From positions 384,001 through 448,000 of the forward strand of contig CBDBHB010000008.1 of assembly GCA_965205505.1 (NCBI GenBank): a stretch of DNA of 64,000 nt, written 5' to 3'. The notes beneath the pieces are model-generated. The model saw only the letters and a program-made list of their open reading frames with translations. It did no database searches and had not been told where the DNA came from. Positions 42,482-51,990 of the stretch are shown piece by piece. Position numbers and translations under genes: made by a program. Each line of letters starts with the position of its first letter. Within the stretch, counting starts at the first letter, position 1. The stretch comes from Acidobacteriota bacterium. GTDB taxonomy: Bacteria; Acidobacteriota; UBA890; WLXD01.

Positions 42482-43174
42482 CTACTGATGGCTCATTTCC
42501 ATTTCCCCCATTCCCGATCGGCCGACGCGCGAGTGACCAGCCCAAGCATCGATCGCCCAGTACACTCGCCGCGTTTCCTGACGAATCGATAGATCAATTG
42601 CGGTGGCCCGTGCCGTGAGCGTTCGCTCTGCCAACAGCCGACCTTCGCTGTTCCAGGCGCGCACGGTATAGCGATCTACGCCTGGCACTTCGCGCCACAC
42701 TAGCCTCAAGGTCTCGGTCGCGGGCTCGAAAGTCGCGGTAGCTATCAACATTATGGTTTGCCCACGCAGTTCACCACCCTGAGGTAGCTGCACCGGTGTT
42801 GCCAGGAAGGCCCCGATACACACGCCAAGTCCGGCGAGGAGCGCTGCCACGACTCGACGAGGCCGGTCCCGAATGAACGAGGGTAGATGAGCTTGCGACA
42901 CTCCGCGCCGTCTGTGTGAAGAGCGGCGAGTTTGCCTGATCGCTGGTGGGCCGCCGCGGCCGAGCAGTCCAACACTCGGCTCTGCCGTCGGGTCGAAGAT
43001 CTCCTCGGCACATGCCCCGAGCAGCGTCGCAACGGCGTCGAGTTCGCCGGCAATCCGGGCGCATTTTCCACACTGACTCAGGTGGCGTAGACCAACCGGA
43101 TCGGAGGACAGAACCCATTCGGCCAACATCTGGGGCTCTGGGCACGCCGGGGTCCGCGATGCGGTCGAACTCAT
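42482..43174 (-). CDS. Zinc-finger (zf-HC2/ZAS) transmembrane anti-sigma factor with extracytoplasmic Ig/FN3-like domain
   Basis: CPEPQML...HLSQCGKC; TM VVAALLAGLGVCIGAFL; ELRG then LVW..VPGVDRYTV...YWAIDA; ATGA overlap with the sigma gene. Confidence 0.72.
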   Translation of the reverse strand: MSSTASRTPACPEPQMLAEWVLSSDPVGLRHLSQCGKCARIAGELDAVATLLGACAEEIFDPTAEPSVGLLGRGGPPAIRQTRRSSHRRRGVSQAHLPSFIRDRPRRVVAALLAGLGVCIGAFLATPVQLPQGGELRGQTIMLIATATFEPATETLRLVWREVPGVDRYTVRAWNSEGRLLAERTLTARATAIDLSIRQETRRVYWAIDAWAGHSRVGRSGMGEMEMSHQ

Positions 43175-44182
43175 CTGAGCGCCTCCATCAGTATCGGCCG
43201 GGTGCCAAAATCGCCAAGTCGGAGACCCGCAGCAAGCAGGTCTTCGCGAAGCGCCGCCAAGCCCCTTGCCTGAAGCTCATACACCTGTTTGTAGTTCTCT
43301 ATCTCGAGAAACACGGCTATCTTTCGTGCCGACATGCCGTGGCGAAATCGCAGACTCACAGCGGTCCGCTCGGCCTTCGTCAGTCTCCCTATCGCTTCGC
43401 GGAGCACAACCACAGCACGCTCCTGTGTAACCAACTCCTCCGGGGCAACCGTGGAGGCGGCCAGTTCGCGAACTCTCTTGGGTTCTCCGTCCCGCGATTC
43501 CGCGTCCAGCGACACCATGCTGCCGCGTCCGGGACCAGCGAGGGTCAACCGCCAGTGATGATCACGGCTGAGCGCCTCGCGGATAACCGCCAGGCTCTCC
43601 TCTACCTCCGTTTCCGTGCACTTGATCCCGTGATTGGTCCTCAGCATCTGCGCAACCTCATGGGCCGAGTACCCTTCCCAGTAGTAGTACCGAAACACCA
43701 TGCGGCGCACCCGCGGCAAGGCCTGGACACCGAGGTACATGCGTCGTCGACCACGCGAAGTTCGAATCCACTCGCGACCGAGATTGAACGTCACGGCGGC
43801 CAACCACGTCGTGAACTTGCAAGCGCCGCTAGGACCGCTTCCCCTGAACTGCTTCACTCGCCTGCAATCCTCGGCCCTCAGTCGTTCGCAGACATGAGCG
43901 TATGATCTCCATTCGCTCGTCGTAGTGCCGTGTCAAGCGCCGGATACAAGCGAACAGAAACGGTGAGAACTCCTCGATGAATGGTTTCCATGCCTCCGCG
44001 CCGTGACGGAAAACCTCCGCAACCGCATCAGGCAGGGCGGCCGCTGGAGACGTGCCTCGTAACGATTCCGCTATCGCATCGCCGACAGGCTCGCTCGCAT
44101 TCGCCCTCTTCGGACTGGCACGCGACACGCCCCGGCAGGGTGCGGTGGGATCTGGATCTTCAGCCAGAGGTTCAGTCGGCAC
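43171..44182 (-). pseudogene. Sigma-70 family sigma factor with a +1 insertion near 43903
   Basis: AWKPFIEEFSPFL...CKFTTWLAAVTFNLGREWIR (sigma2); two sigma4-like HTH segments; removing one base restores ERMEIYAHVCERL; start uncertain. Confidence 0.75.
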
Positions 44183-44423
44183 CGAGTAACTCGCTTTTAG
44201 CCTTGGGTGCGTCACGCCCGTCGTGACCCTCAACAGAGGTGGACGGCCGTCAAGCCAGTGGTTCCCTGTAGAAACCCGCCAGCGCCACGGATTCCGACCG
44301 ATTCGGGCGCCATCACATGCAACCCTTCGAAGCGCCGGCGCCACTCACACTCGAATCGTCGGGCTGCGGCACCACGACGCGCCGCGCCCGCTCACCAGAC
44401 TCTCTCCGGACAAGGTGGCGACC

Positions 44424-44954
44424 ATGCGACTTCGTAGACCTAGGCGGCTCCTGCAAATCGCTCTGATCCTCGGCCTGTTGACAGCCCCGACAGTGGCACC
44501 GGCAGCAGAGCCCGACGCTGCCGGCCAGCTGTTCGGGCAGTTCAAGTCGCTCGAGGGCTCCTGGCAGGCCGAGAGCACCGCCGGTTGGAACGAGGTGAGC
44601 ACCTTCGAGCTCATCGCGCGCGGCTCGGTGGTGATGTCCTCCGTGTCGTTCCGCGATGCTCCCGACCGCAAAATGGTGACGATGTACTACCTCGACGGCA
44701 CCGAGCTGGTGGCAGTCCACTACTGCGAGGCCCGCAACCAGCCGGCGCTACGGGCCACCGAGCTCGATGCCGAGGCCGGCACGGTTACCTTCACGTTTGC
44801 CGGTGGTGGCAACATTCCGACGCGCGATCACGGGCACATGGACAGCGCGGTCTACCGCTTCATCGACGAGGACAGCTTCACATCGCGCTGGACCTGGTTT
44901 CAGGACGGCGAGGAACAGTGGCTCGAAGATGTCCAGTATCGGCGCATCGACTAA
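44424..44954 (+). CDS. Exported hypothetical beta-barrel protein (ECF operon partner)
   Basis: Signal peptide; FKSLEGSW, MVTMYY.DG, HYCEARNQP, GHM motifs. Confidence 0.7.
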   Translation: MRLRRPRRLLQIALILGLLTAPTVAPAAEPDAAGQLFGQFKSLEGSWQAESTAGWNEVSTFELIARGSVVMSSVSFRDAPDRKMVTMYYLDGTELVAVHYCEARNQPALRATELDAEAGTVTFTFAGGGNIPTRDHGHMDSAVYRFIDEDSFTSRWTWFQDGEEQWLEDVQYRRID

Positions 44955-44970
44955 ACGCCACCCGCGGCAA

Positions 44971-45519
44971 GTGAGCACCGACCAGGCGCCCGACCGCTTA
45001 CTCGTGGAGGCCTATCTGCGCGACCGCTCGGAGCGCGCCTTCAGGCAGCTGTACCGGCGGCACGCGAGCTCGCTGTATAGGTTCGCGCTGCTGCGAGTGG
45101 GTGCTGACGGCGCCGAGGACGTCGTGCAGGAAACCTGGATTCGGGCGGCGCAGCAGCTGCACCGGTTCCAGTGGCAGGCCTCGTTGCGTAGCTGGCTCAC
45201 CGGCATCGCGCTCAACTGCTGCCGCGAGGTCTGGCGGAAACAGCAGCGTTCACCTCCGCCAGCGGACGCGAGCCAAACTCTGGCGCGCGGCGAGGGTCTG
45301 CGCCTCGATCTGGCGCGTGCGGTGGAGGAGCTGCCGGAGCGCGCTCGCGAGGTGCTGATGCTGCACGACGTTTAGGGCTTCACGCATCTGGAGATCGGCG
45401 CCACTCTCGGCATCGAGGCGGGCACCTCCAAGAGCCAACTGTCGCGGGCCCGGGCCGCGTTGCGGGCGCTCCTCGACACCAGCCCCCTTGACCAGAAAGG
45501 AACACCCCGACATGGATGA
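44971..45519 (+). pseudogene. ECF sigma factor with an internal TAG at 45373-45375
   Basis: AFRQLYRRH, AEDVVQETW, LRSWLTGIALN; LHDV*GFTHLEIG..GTSKSQLSRAR, where HDVEG is expected (GAG to TAG). Confidence 0.8.
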
Positions 45520-46078
45520 TCAGCTGAGTAGCGAGGAGCGTGAGCAGCTCGCGGCGCTGGGCAAGCACTTGCAGCCGCCGGCCGGGTTGGAAGACCGAGT
45601 GGCGGCAGCGCTGCGCCAGCGCAAGCTGATTGCGGCGCCACCGGGATGGTCGCTACTTTGGCGCCTCACCGCCGCGGCGGCAGCGGCGACCGTGGTATTC
45701 GCGGCGTTCGCCCTCGGCGTGCGATACGAACGCTCCGCACCGGCGCCGGCGCCCGAAGGCCGCCGCTTCCTGCTCATGCTGCTGGAGCCGGCCGACGCAC
45801 CGTTGCCCGCCGCCGAGGAGGCAGCGCGGGGTGTCGAGTACCGCGACTGGGCCGGTGAGCTGGCACGCAACGGCCTGCTGGATGCCGGCGAGAAGCTCGC
45901 CTGGGATGGCAACGTGGTGAGTGGCACCGGAATCCCGGTGGCGCCCGTTGCGGAGCGCGTCACCGGCTTCTTCATCGTCCGCGCCGCCTCGCTCGATGAG
46001 GCCCTGGGACTGGCGCGCGAGTGCCCCCATGTGGTGCACGGCGGCCGCGTCGAGGTGCGCGAGATCGAGCCCACCTGA
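45512..46078 (+). CDS. Anti-sigma-like TM protein fused to a YciI/DGPF-like domain
   Basis: PPAGLEDRV, TM helix, then FLLMLL...GEKL...VTGFFIVRAASLDEALGLARECP...VEVREI. Confidence 0.75.
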   Translation: MDDQLSSEEREQLAALGKHLQPPAGLEDRVAAALRQRKLIAAPPGWSLLWRLTAAAAAATVVFAAFALGVRYERSAPAPAPEGRRFLLMLLEPADAPLPAAEEAARGVEYRDWAGELARNGLLDAGEKLAWDGNVVSGTGIPVAPVAERVTGFFIVRAASLDEALGLARECPHVVHGGRVEVREIEPT

Positions 46079-46271
46079 GCGTCGACGCCGGTACTGTCGA
46101 GTCAAGGACGCGACACTCGGATTCGGGCGAGTCGCGGCCCGCCGCCAGGCTGCGTGGCAGCAGAGTCGGATCGGCGCGGCGCGCGACAACGTGGAGGAGT
46201 TACAACAGCGCCCCGGCTGAGCGCGGGCCGCGTTGGATGGTCCAGAGACAGCAAGGGATAGACTGACCCGG

Positions 46272-47061
46272 ATGAGCCCCAAGACACTACGGGCAGTCTT
46301 TCATCCCGAGGAATTCGAGCCCTTTCCCGGTCTGACCGACGCCGCCGAGTTCGGCCGTATGTGGGCTGAGAACCGAGCGTGTGTGCTAGCGAACCTGGCA
46401 CACGCTGCCTACCTCGACAAAGCGCCGCTCACAGAGGTAATTCGCAAGATCGGAGCGCCGTGCCCCGAGCTCTACAATCGCCACGGTGCCCAGGCCTTCC
46501 TGGTCGTTTGGCATGACATGGCGGTCCTTTCGTTTCGAGGCTCGGAGCCTTCAGAGGGTTCGCCAGCTGAGGACGGCGGCAGCGGCCGCAAGGGGCTCAA
46601 CCTCTGGGCCTGCCTGTCGGGCGCCTTCCACAACGACGTCGTGGCCGATCTCAGATTCCGCAAAAGTAGCGCTCGAAGGAACGCCTGGCGCCAAGATTCA
46701 CAGAGGCTTCCTGAGAGAGATCGACAAGCTATGGGAACCGCTGATTCTGAAAGATCTAGGGCAAATCGCCGGGATCCCCGTTTGGGTTACCGGGCACAGC
46801 CTGGGCGCGGCGATGGCAACCCTAGCGGCCATGCGTCACCCTTTCGAGGGCGTCGTGACCTTCGGGTCACCGCGCGTTGGTCGCGGTCTTGATGGCGCCT
46901 TTCAGGCAAGCGGTCATCGTCGCTTCGTCAACGGCAGCGACCCGGTGCCACGGCTGCCGCCCAAGCTGTTCGGCTATCGACATCACGCGCCGGCTACACG
47001 AATCGGTGACCCCGATGGCGGCTCCGACTTTCGATACGAACCCCGTCACGATCCGACATGA
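46272..47061 (+). pseudogene. Class 3 lipase, frameshifted (extra A near 46665) and 3'-truncated
   Basis: LSFRGS, IHRGF, VTGHSLGAAMA, TFGSPRVG, DPVPRLPP. Confidence 0.75.
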
Positions 47062-48040
47062 AGGCGATGCGCGACTCGTCTGGTGAGAAAGAGGCATAGC
47101 CGTCGTCGGCGGTGTTGTCGGTCAGCCTCCAGCTACGTGCGCCGTCGAGATCGACGAGCAACAACTCGTACTTGCCGGCGCCGTGCAGCCCGAAGTCGGT
47201 GTCGTGGATGATCCGGGTGCCCTCGGGCGACCACTTCGGGTAACCGTCGGGGGCACTGCGCTGCGTGATGCGGCGCGCATCCGAGCCGTCGGCGCGCATG
47301 ACCCAGATGTCGGTGTTGCCGCCGCGACTCGACTCGAACAGGATCCGGGTGCCGTCGGGAGAGAAGGAAGGAAACGCCTCGGTCTCCGGCGTATGGGTCA
47401 GCCGGCGCTTGTCGGCACCATCGGCGCGCATTACGTAGATCTCCGGATTGCCGTGGCGTTCCGACTCGAAGGTGATCTGCCGACCGTCCGGCGACCAGGA
47501 GGGCCAGTCGTCCACGGCCGCGTGGCTGGTGAGGCGCAAAGGCGCCGAGCCGTCTACCTCGACCAGGTAAAGCTCCGGATTACCATCCCCGTCTGCCGCG
47601 AAGGCGATCATCGCGTCGTCCGGTGACCACTGCGGGAAGCCGGCGCGCACCTGCAGAGCGCTCAGCCGGCGCGGGCTCGAGCCGTCCCCCGCCATCACCC
47701 AGAGCTCCGATGTACCATCGCGGTCCGACACGAAGGCGATGTGGTCGCCGTGGTTGGACCAGGAGGGCCAAGCGTCGTGGCCCGGGTGGCGGGTGAGGTT
47801 CCTCTGGCCGGAGCCGTCGGCCTCCATCAGGTAGATCTCGCTGTTGCCGTCACGTTCGGAGCGGAACACGATCCTCGAGCCGTCGCCCTGGCCGGCGAGC
47901 CTCACCGAGACCATGAGCACCCCGGGTCGGAAGGCACCCTCCAGCACGGCGGGCGCCCCCGGGACGGTCGCTGCGAGGACGGCGACGAGAGCGAACGTCG
48001 CAACCACGATCATCGACGCATCGGATTCTTCGTTCACCAC
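46994..48040 (-). CDS. TolB-like PD40-repeat beta-propeller protein (3' end probably truncated)
   Basis: Six to seven P.WSPDG..I.F.S.R.G..EIY repeats. Confidence 0.82.
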   Translation of the reverse strand: MVNEESDASMIVVATFALVAVLAATVPGAPAVLEGAFRPGVLMVSVRLAGQGDGSRIVFRSERDGNSEIYLMEADGSGQRNLTRHPGHDAWPSWSNHGDHIAFVSDRDGTSELWVMAGDGSSPRRLSALQVRAGFPQWSPDDAMIAFAADGDGNPELYLVEVDGSAPLRLTSHAAVDDWPSWSPDGRQITFESERHGNPEIYVMRADGADKRRLTHTPETEAFPSFSPDGTRILFESSRGGNTDIWVMRADGSDARRITQRSAPDGYPKWSPEGTRIIHDTDFGLHGAGKYELLLVDLDGARSWRLTDNTADDGYASFSPDESRIAFMSDRDGVRIESRSRHRGHRFV

Positions 48041-48189
48041 GCGACACTCAACGGCCGCGCGGCGGCGATGTCAACAGTCGCGCAACGATCTCACCGGGTC
48101 GGTGGGGCTGAGCTCGAAGAGCAGCGCTCCCAGCCAGCCCGCCGTGGCCCAGTAGGCGGACCTCGTGCAGCTTTGCGCGGTCGCCTGTC

Positions 48190-48204
48190 ATGCGTTTCAT
48201 GCAT
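48190..48204. promoter_or_regulatory. LysR-type operator (T-N11-A dyad)
   Basis: ATGC-GTTTCAT-GCAT, ~100 bp upstream of the permease-LysR operon, followed by AT-rich ATGCATTTTATAAATGC. Confidence 0.55.
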
Positions 48205-48300
48205 GGAAGACGTTCCTTATATGCATTTTATAAATGCGTTGCGCCTTGTTAGGTTCGTCCCTCCGGCCTTGATCTCAGCAATCCTCTGGCGAGTACGCCC

Positions 48301-50721
48301 ATGTTGAACTGGCTCACGGAGCTGCGTCGCAGCTCCCGTACCCTGGTGCACGACACAGCGTTCTCGCTGCCGGTGTTCGTCTGCCTGGCTCTCACCATCG
48401 GGTCGGCGACCGCGGTGTTCAGCGTCGTCGACACCGTACTGCTAAAGCCGCTCCCCTTTCCCGAAGCGGGCCGCATACGATCGCTCTTCGGCACCATGCC
48501 AGGCTCGGGCGACACCCGCTTCAACCTGTCGGCCACGAGAACCGCCGCATTGGTGGCCGATACAGAAGCCTTCGAGTCGGTCGCCTGGTGGCGGCCGAGC
48601 GTCGTCGGCCTCACTGGCGAGGGCGATCCGCGTCAGCTCAGCAGCGCCGAGGCCGCACCGACCTTCTTCGATACGCTGGGTATCCAACCGGTGGTGGGCG
48701 GGGGATTCGCCGAGACGGCGCGGGCGGGCGAGCGCGTCGCCTACCTGAGCGAAGCGCTCTGGTTGCAGGACTTCGATGGCGACCCGAATGTGGTCGGCCG
48801 GCGCATGAGCATCGACGACCTGCCGACAACGGTCGCCGGAATCGTCCCGGCCAGCCAGGTGCTGCCCCCGGGGACCGACATCTGGCTGCCGCTGCTGCTC
48901 GAGAACACTCCCGACGACCGGCTCCACAGCGGCAACCTGAACGTCATCGCGAGGCTTGCCGACGGCGTTAACGACCAGGAGCTCAGTGAGCGGCTCGAGC
49001 GCATCGCTGCCGACATGGAGGCGCGTTATCCGGCCCACTACCGCGACGTGGCCCTCGGCGTGCAGTCGCTTCGCACCCAGATCATCGACGACGCCGGCCA
49101 GTTGCTGGTGGTGCTGCTGGTGGCGGTCGGCCTGCTCCTGGTGCTGGGCTCGGCCAACGTTGCCAACCTGGTGATGGTGCGCAACCGGCGCCAGCGGCTG
49201 ATGGTGGCGACACGGGCCGCGCTCGGGGGCTCCCGAGCGACGATCGTCAGATGGCTCCTGAGCGAGCTGCTGCTGCTCGGCGGGCTCGCTGCCGCCGCCG
49301 GCAGTGGACTGGCAGCCATGCTGGCGCCGTCACTGCTGCGAATCACACAAATCGTTGGGCCGGGGATGGATGCCAGCGTCGTGGATCCTCGAACGTTGGC
49401 GTTCACCACACTGATCACGCTGGTGGCGAGCCTGACGGTGGGCATCGTCCCGGCGCTGCGCGCCGCGCGCCTGGATCTGGCTAGTGTGCTGCGCGTTGGC
49501 GGCGCCCGCACCTCGGACGGCGCCGCAGCGAGGCGCTCGCAGGGGCTGTTAATCGCCAGTCAGGCCGCCATGGGTGTAGTGCTCGTGGTCACCGCCGGCC
49601 AGACCCTCGGCGAGCTACACCGCCTGAGTGTGGTGGATGAGGGCTACCGAACCGACGGGCTGGTGACCATCCAGACACGAGCACCGGAAAGCCGCTACCC
49701 CGAGACGGCGCATTTCCGGCAACTGTTCACGGGGATTCGCGAGACGCTCGAGACCGTGCCCGGTGTCGAACAGGTCGGGGCATCTTCGATCCTGCCCGTC
49801 GGCGATTGGGGCGCGACGTTCTCGATGTCGATCCAGGACCGCCCGCCAGAGGAGCCCAACCAGGTGGAGCTCGCACAGGGGTACCTGGTGCTCCCGAACT
49901 ACCTCGAAACCATGGGCATTCGACTCCTGGCCGGCCGCACGATCGGGCCTGCCGACAACGCCGACGGGGCGCCCGTGGTGGTGGTCAGCCAGTCGTTCGC
50001 GGCGCGCTACTGGCCGGGCGAAGTGGCGGTAGGCAAGCGGCTGAAACGGCGCACGTACACGTCGAGCTTTCCGTGGACCACCGTGGTCGGCGTGGTCGAG
50101 GACGTGAGCAGCGATGGCGTCGACAACGCCGAGGGTGTCGCCATGTACCTGCCGCACGGGCAGACCACCACGGCCTTCAACCACTGGATGACCTTCGTCG
50201 TGCGCTCCGACCGGCCACTCGACCAGCTAGTGGCCGAGCTCCGTGGCCGTATCGCCGCGGTCGATGCAGACCTCCCGCTGGCCCGCGTCGCCACCATCGA
50301 GCAGCTCGTCAGTGACTCGCTCGCCACCCGCCGCCTGGCGAGCGGTATGCTCGGCGTCTTCGCCCTCATCGGACTGACGCTCCTGGCCACGGGCACCTAC
50401 GGGGTCGTGGCGTTCGCCGTGGCACAGCGCCGCGCGGAGCTCGGGTTGCGTCGCGCCCTCGGGGCCGAGGGATCGGGGCTGATCCTGCTGGTGCTGCGGG
50501 GCAACGTCGGTTCGCTGGCGGGCGGAACGATTACCGGTCTGGTGACGGCAGCGAGCCTATCGCGCCTCGTCGATCCCACCTTGTTGCCGCCGGCGGCGCC
50601 GACTCTGTATGTCCTTGCGGCGGTGATGTTGGTCGTCGTGGGATTGGTGGCCTCATTACCCCCGGCGCTGCGCGCGGCGCGCCTCGACCCCACCCTTAGC
50701 CTGCGCGGCGGATTGAGCTAG
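48301..50721 (+). CDS. ADOP-family duplicated MacB-like ABC permease
   Basis: LALTIGSATAVFSVVDTVLLKPLP, ANVANL, RAALGG, ELGLRRALGA; two permease halves. Confidence 0.85.
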   Translation: MLNWLTELRRSSRTLVHDTAFSLPVFVCLALTIGSATAVFSVVDTVLLKPLPFPEAGRIRSLFGTMPGSGDTRFNLSATRTAALVADTEAFESVAWWRPSVVGLTGEGDPRQLSSAEAAPTFFDTLGIQPVVGGGFAETARAGERVAYLSEALWLQDFDGDPNVVGRRMSIDDLPTTVAGIVPASQVLPPGTDIWLPLLLENTPDDRLHSGNLNVIARLADGVNDQELSERLERIAADMEARYPAHYRDVALGVQSLRTQIIDDAGQLLVVLLVAVGLLLVLGSANVANLVMVRNRRQRLMVATRAALGGSRATIVRWLLSELLLLGGLAAAAGSGLAAMLAPSLLRITQIVGPGMDASVVDPRTLAFTTLITLVASLTVGIVPALRAARLDLASVLRVGGARTSDGAAARRSQGLLIASQAAMGVVLVVTAGQTLGELHRLSVVDEGYRTDGLVTIQTRAPESRYPETAHFRQLFTGIRETLETVPGVEQVGASSILPVGDWGATFSMSIQDRPPEEPNQVELAQGYLVLPNYLETMGIRLLAGRTIGPADNADGAPVVVVSQSFAARYWPGEVAVGKRLKRRTYTSSFPWTTVVGVVEDVSSDGVDNAEGVAMYLPHGQTTTAFNHWMTFVVRSDRPLDQLVAELRGRIAAVDADLPLARVATIEQLVSDSLATRRLASGMLGVFALIGLTLLATGTYGVVAFAVAQRRAELGLRRALGAEGSGLILLVLRGNVGSLAGGTITGLVTAASLSRLVDPTLLPPAAPTLYVLAAVMLVVVGLVASLPPALRAARLDPTLSLRGGLS

Positions 50722-50733
50722 ATTGGTGGCCAC

Positions 50734-51648
50734 ATGATCGAAATCCGTCACCTCCGCATTATCGACGCCATCGCCCGCGCCGGCACGCTGACCGAGGCGG
50801 CCCGCCGTGTGCATCTGAGCCAGCCGGCGGTGAGCCGGGCCCTGGCGGAGATCGAGACCCGCCTCGGCTTCGCGCTGTTTTATAGGGAACCTCGCGGCAT
50901 GACACCGACGCCGGAATGCGAGCGCCTCTTGCCCACCGCCGCAAAGACCCTCGACATGATCGCCGAGGTCGAACGCGACATGGCCAAGATGCACGACGCC
51001 GCCGACGTCATCGTCCGCATTACGACCGAGTGCTACACCTGCTACCACTGGCTGCCAGCGGCGCTCATGGCGTTCAGCGATGCGTACCCGCAAGTGGAAG
51101 TGCAGGTCAACGCCGACTCCTATCGCGCGCCGTTGCAAGCGTTGATCGAGGAGACGGTCGATCTGGCCATCGTGCACCAGTGCTCCGACGACGACGCGAT
51201 CTTCTACGTGCCCCTGTTCGACGACGAGATCGTCGCCATCATGGCTCCCGACCACCCGCTGGCGGCCAAATCGGTTCTGCAAGCGGAAGACTTCGCCGAC
51301 GAAATGTTGTTCCTGCACTCCGACCCGGAGCACACCGACCTGCTGACCCTGGTGCTCGAGCCGGCCGGAGTCCGTCCGTGCCGCGTCACCACGCTGCAGC
51401 TGAGCGAGGCCGTTCTGGGGATGGTGGCGGCCGGCATGGGAATAAGCGCCGTGGCCACCTGGGTGGCCGAGCCGCAGGTGCGCGCCGGCAAGCTGGTCAC
51501 TCGACCGGTGGCCGGCGACAGCTTGCGCCGCTCGTGGTTCGCCGCCTACCGCGCCCGCGACTCCCGACGCGTCGCGCTCAACGCCCTGGTGGATGCGATC
51601 CGCGGACAGCTGACGCAATTGCGCCTGGTTGCCGCCTCCCGCGCCTGA
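50734..51648 (+). CDS. LysR family transcriptional regulator (MetR-like)
   Basis: HTH GTLTEAARRVHLSQPAVS; TECYTCYHWL. Confidence 0.9.
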   Translation: MIEIRHLRIIDAIARAGTLTEAARRVHLSQPAVSRALAEIETRLGFALFYREPRGMTPTPECERLLPTAAKTLDMIAEVERDMAKMHDAADVIVRITTECYTCYHWLPAALMAFSDAYPQVEVQVNADSYRAPLQALIEETVDLAIVHQCSDDDAIFYVPLFDDEIVAIMAPDHPLAAKSVLQAEDFADEMLFLHSDPEHTDLLTLVLEPAGVRPCRVTTLQLSEAVLGMVAAGMGISAVATWVAEPQVRAGKLVTRPVAGDSLRRSWFAAYRARDSRRVALNALVDAIRGQLTQLRLVAASRA

Positions 51649-51710
51649 GAGCGCAGAGACGCAACGGGAAGCCAAACGGCGATCCGCGCCGCTGCAGCAA
51701 GGCGGACGGC

Positions 51711-51989
51711 CTAGCAGGCCGTGGTGAAAGTGTGGTGGGTCTGGCGACAGGGACTTGCGAAGTGGAGGCAAGGAGAGAGGAGGAGGCGATGGTTACCCCA
51801 TCGTTGACGAGGAACGACGCAGCATACGCGCGCAACCCCCTGTCGCCCGAAGGGTTACGGCGAGTTGGGGCAATTTGCGGCGTTGGCCTTCCTCGACGAT
51901 GGCTAGGGCATCGCCTGTGTCAGGCCGCCTTGCATCTGGCCCCAACTCGCCGTAACCAGACCCACCACACTTTCACCACGGCCTGCTAG
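51711..51989. mobile_element. Full-length MITE with 34-bp terminal inverted repeats (including CTAG)
   Basis: CTAGCAGGCCGTGGTGAAAGTGTGGTGGGTCTGG ... CCAGACCCACCACACTTTCACCACGGCCTGCTAG; internal 19-bp IR at 51853-51871 / 51939-51957; no ORF. Confidence 0.85.
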
Positions 51990-51990
51990 A

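Noticed and set aside
45373-45375. TAG read-through or stop-codon reassignment (also 62408)
   Set aside because: Many intact genes here end in TAG, and the two internal TAGs replace different expected residues, so they look like nonsense mutations or errors
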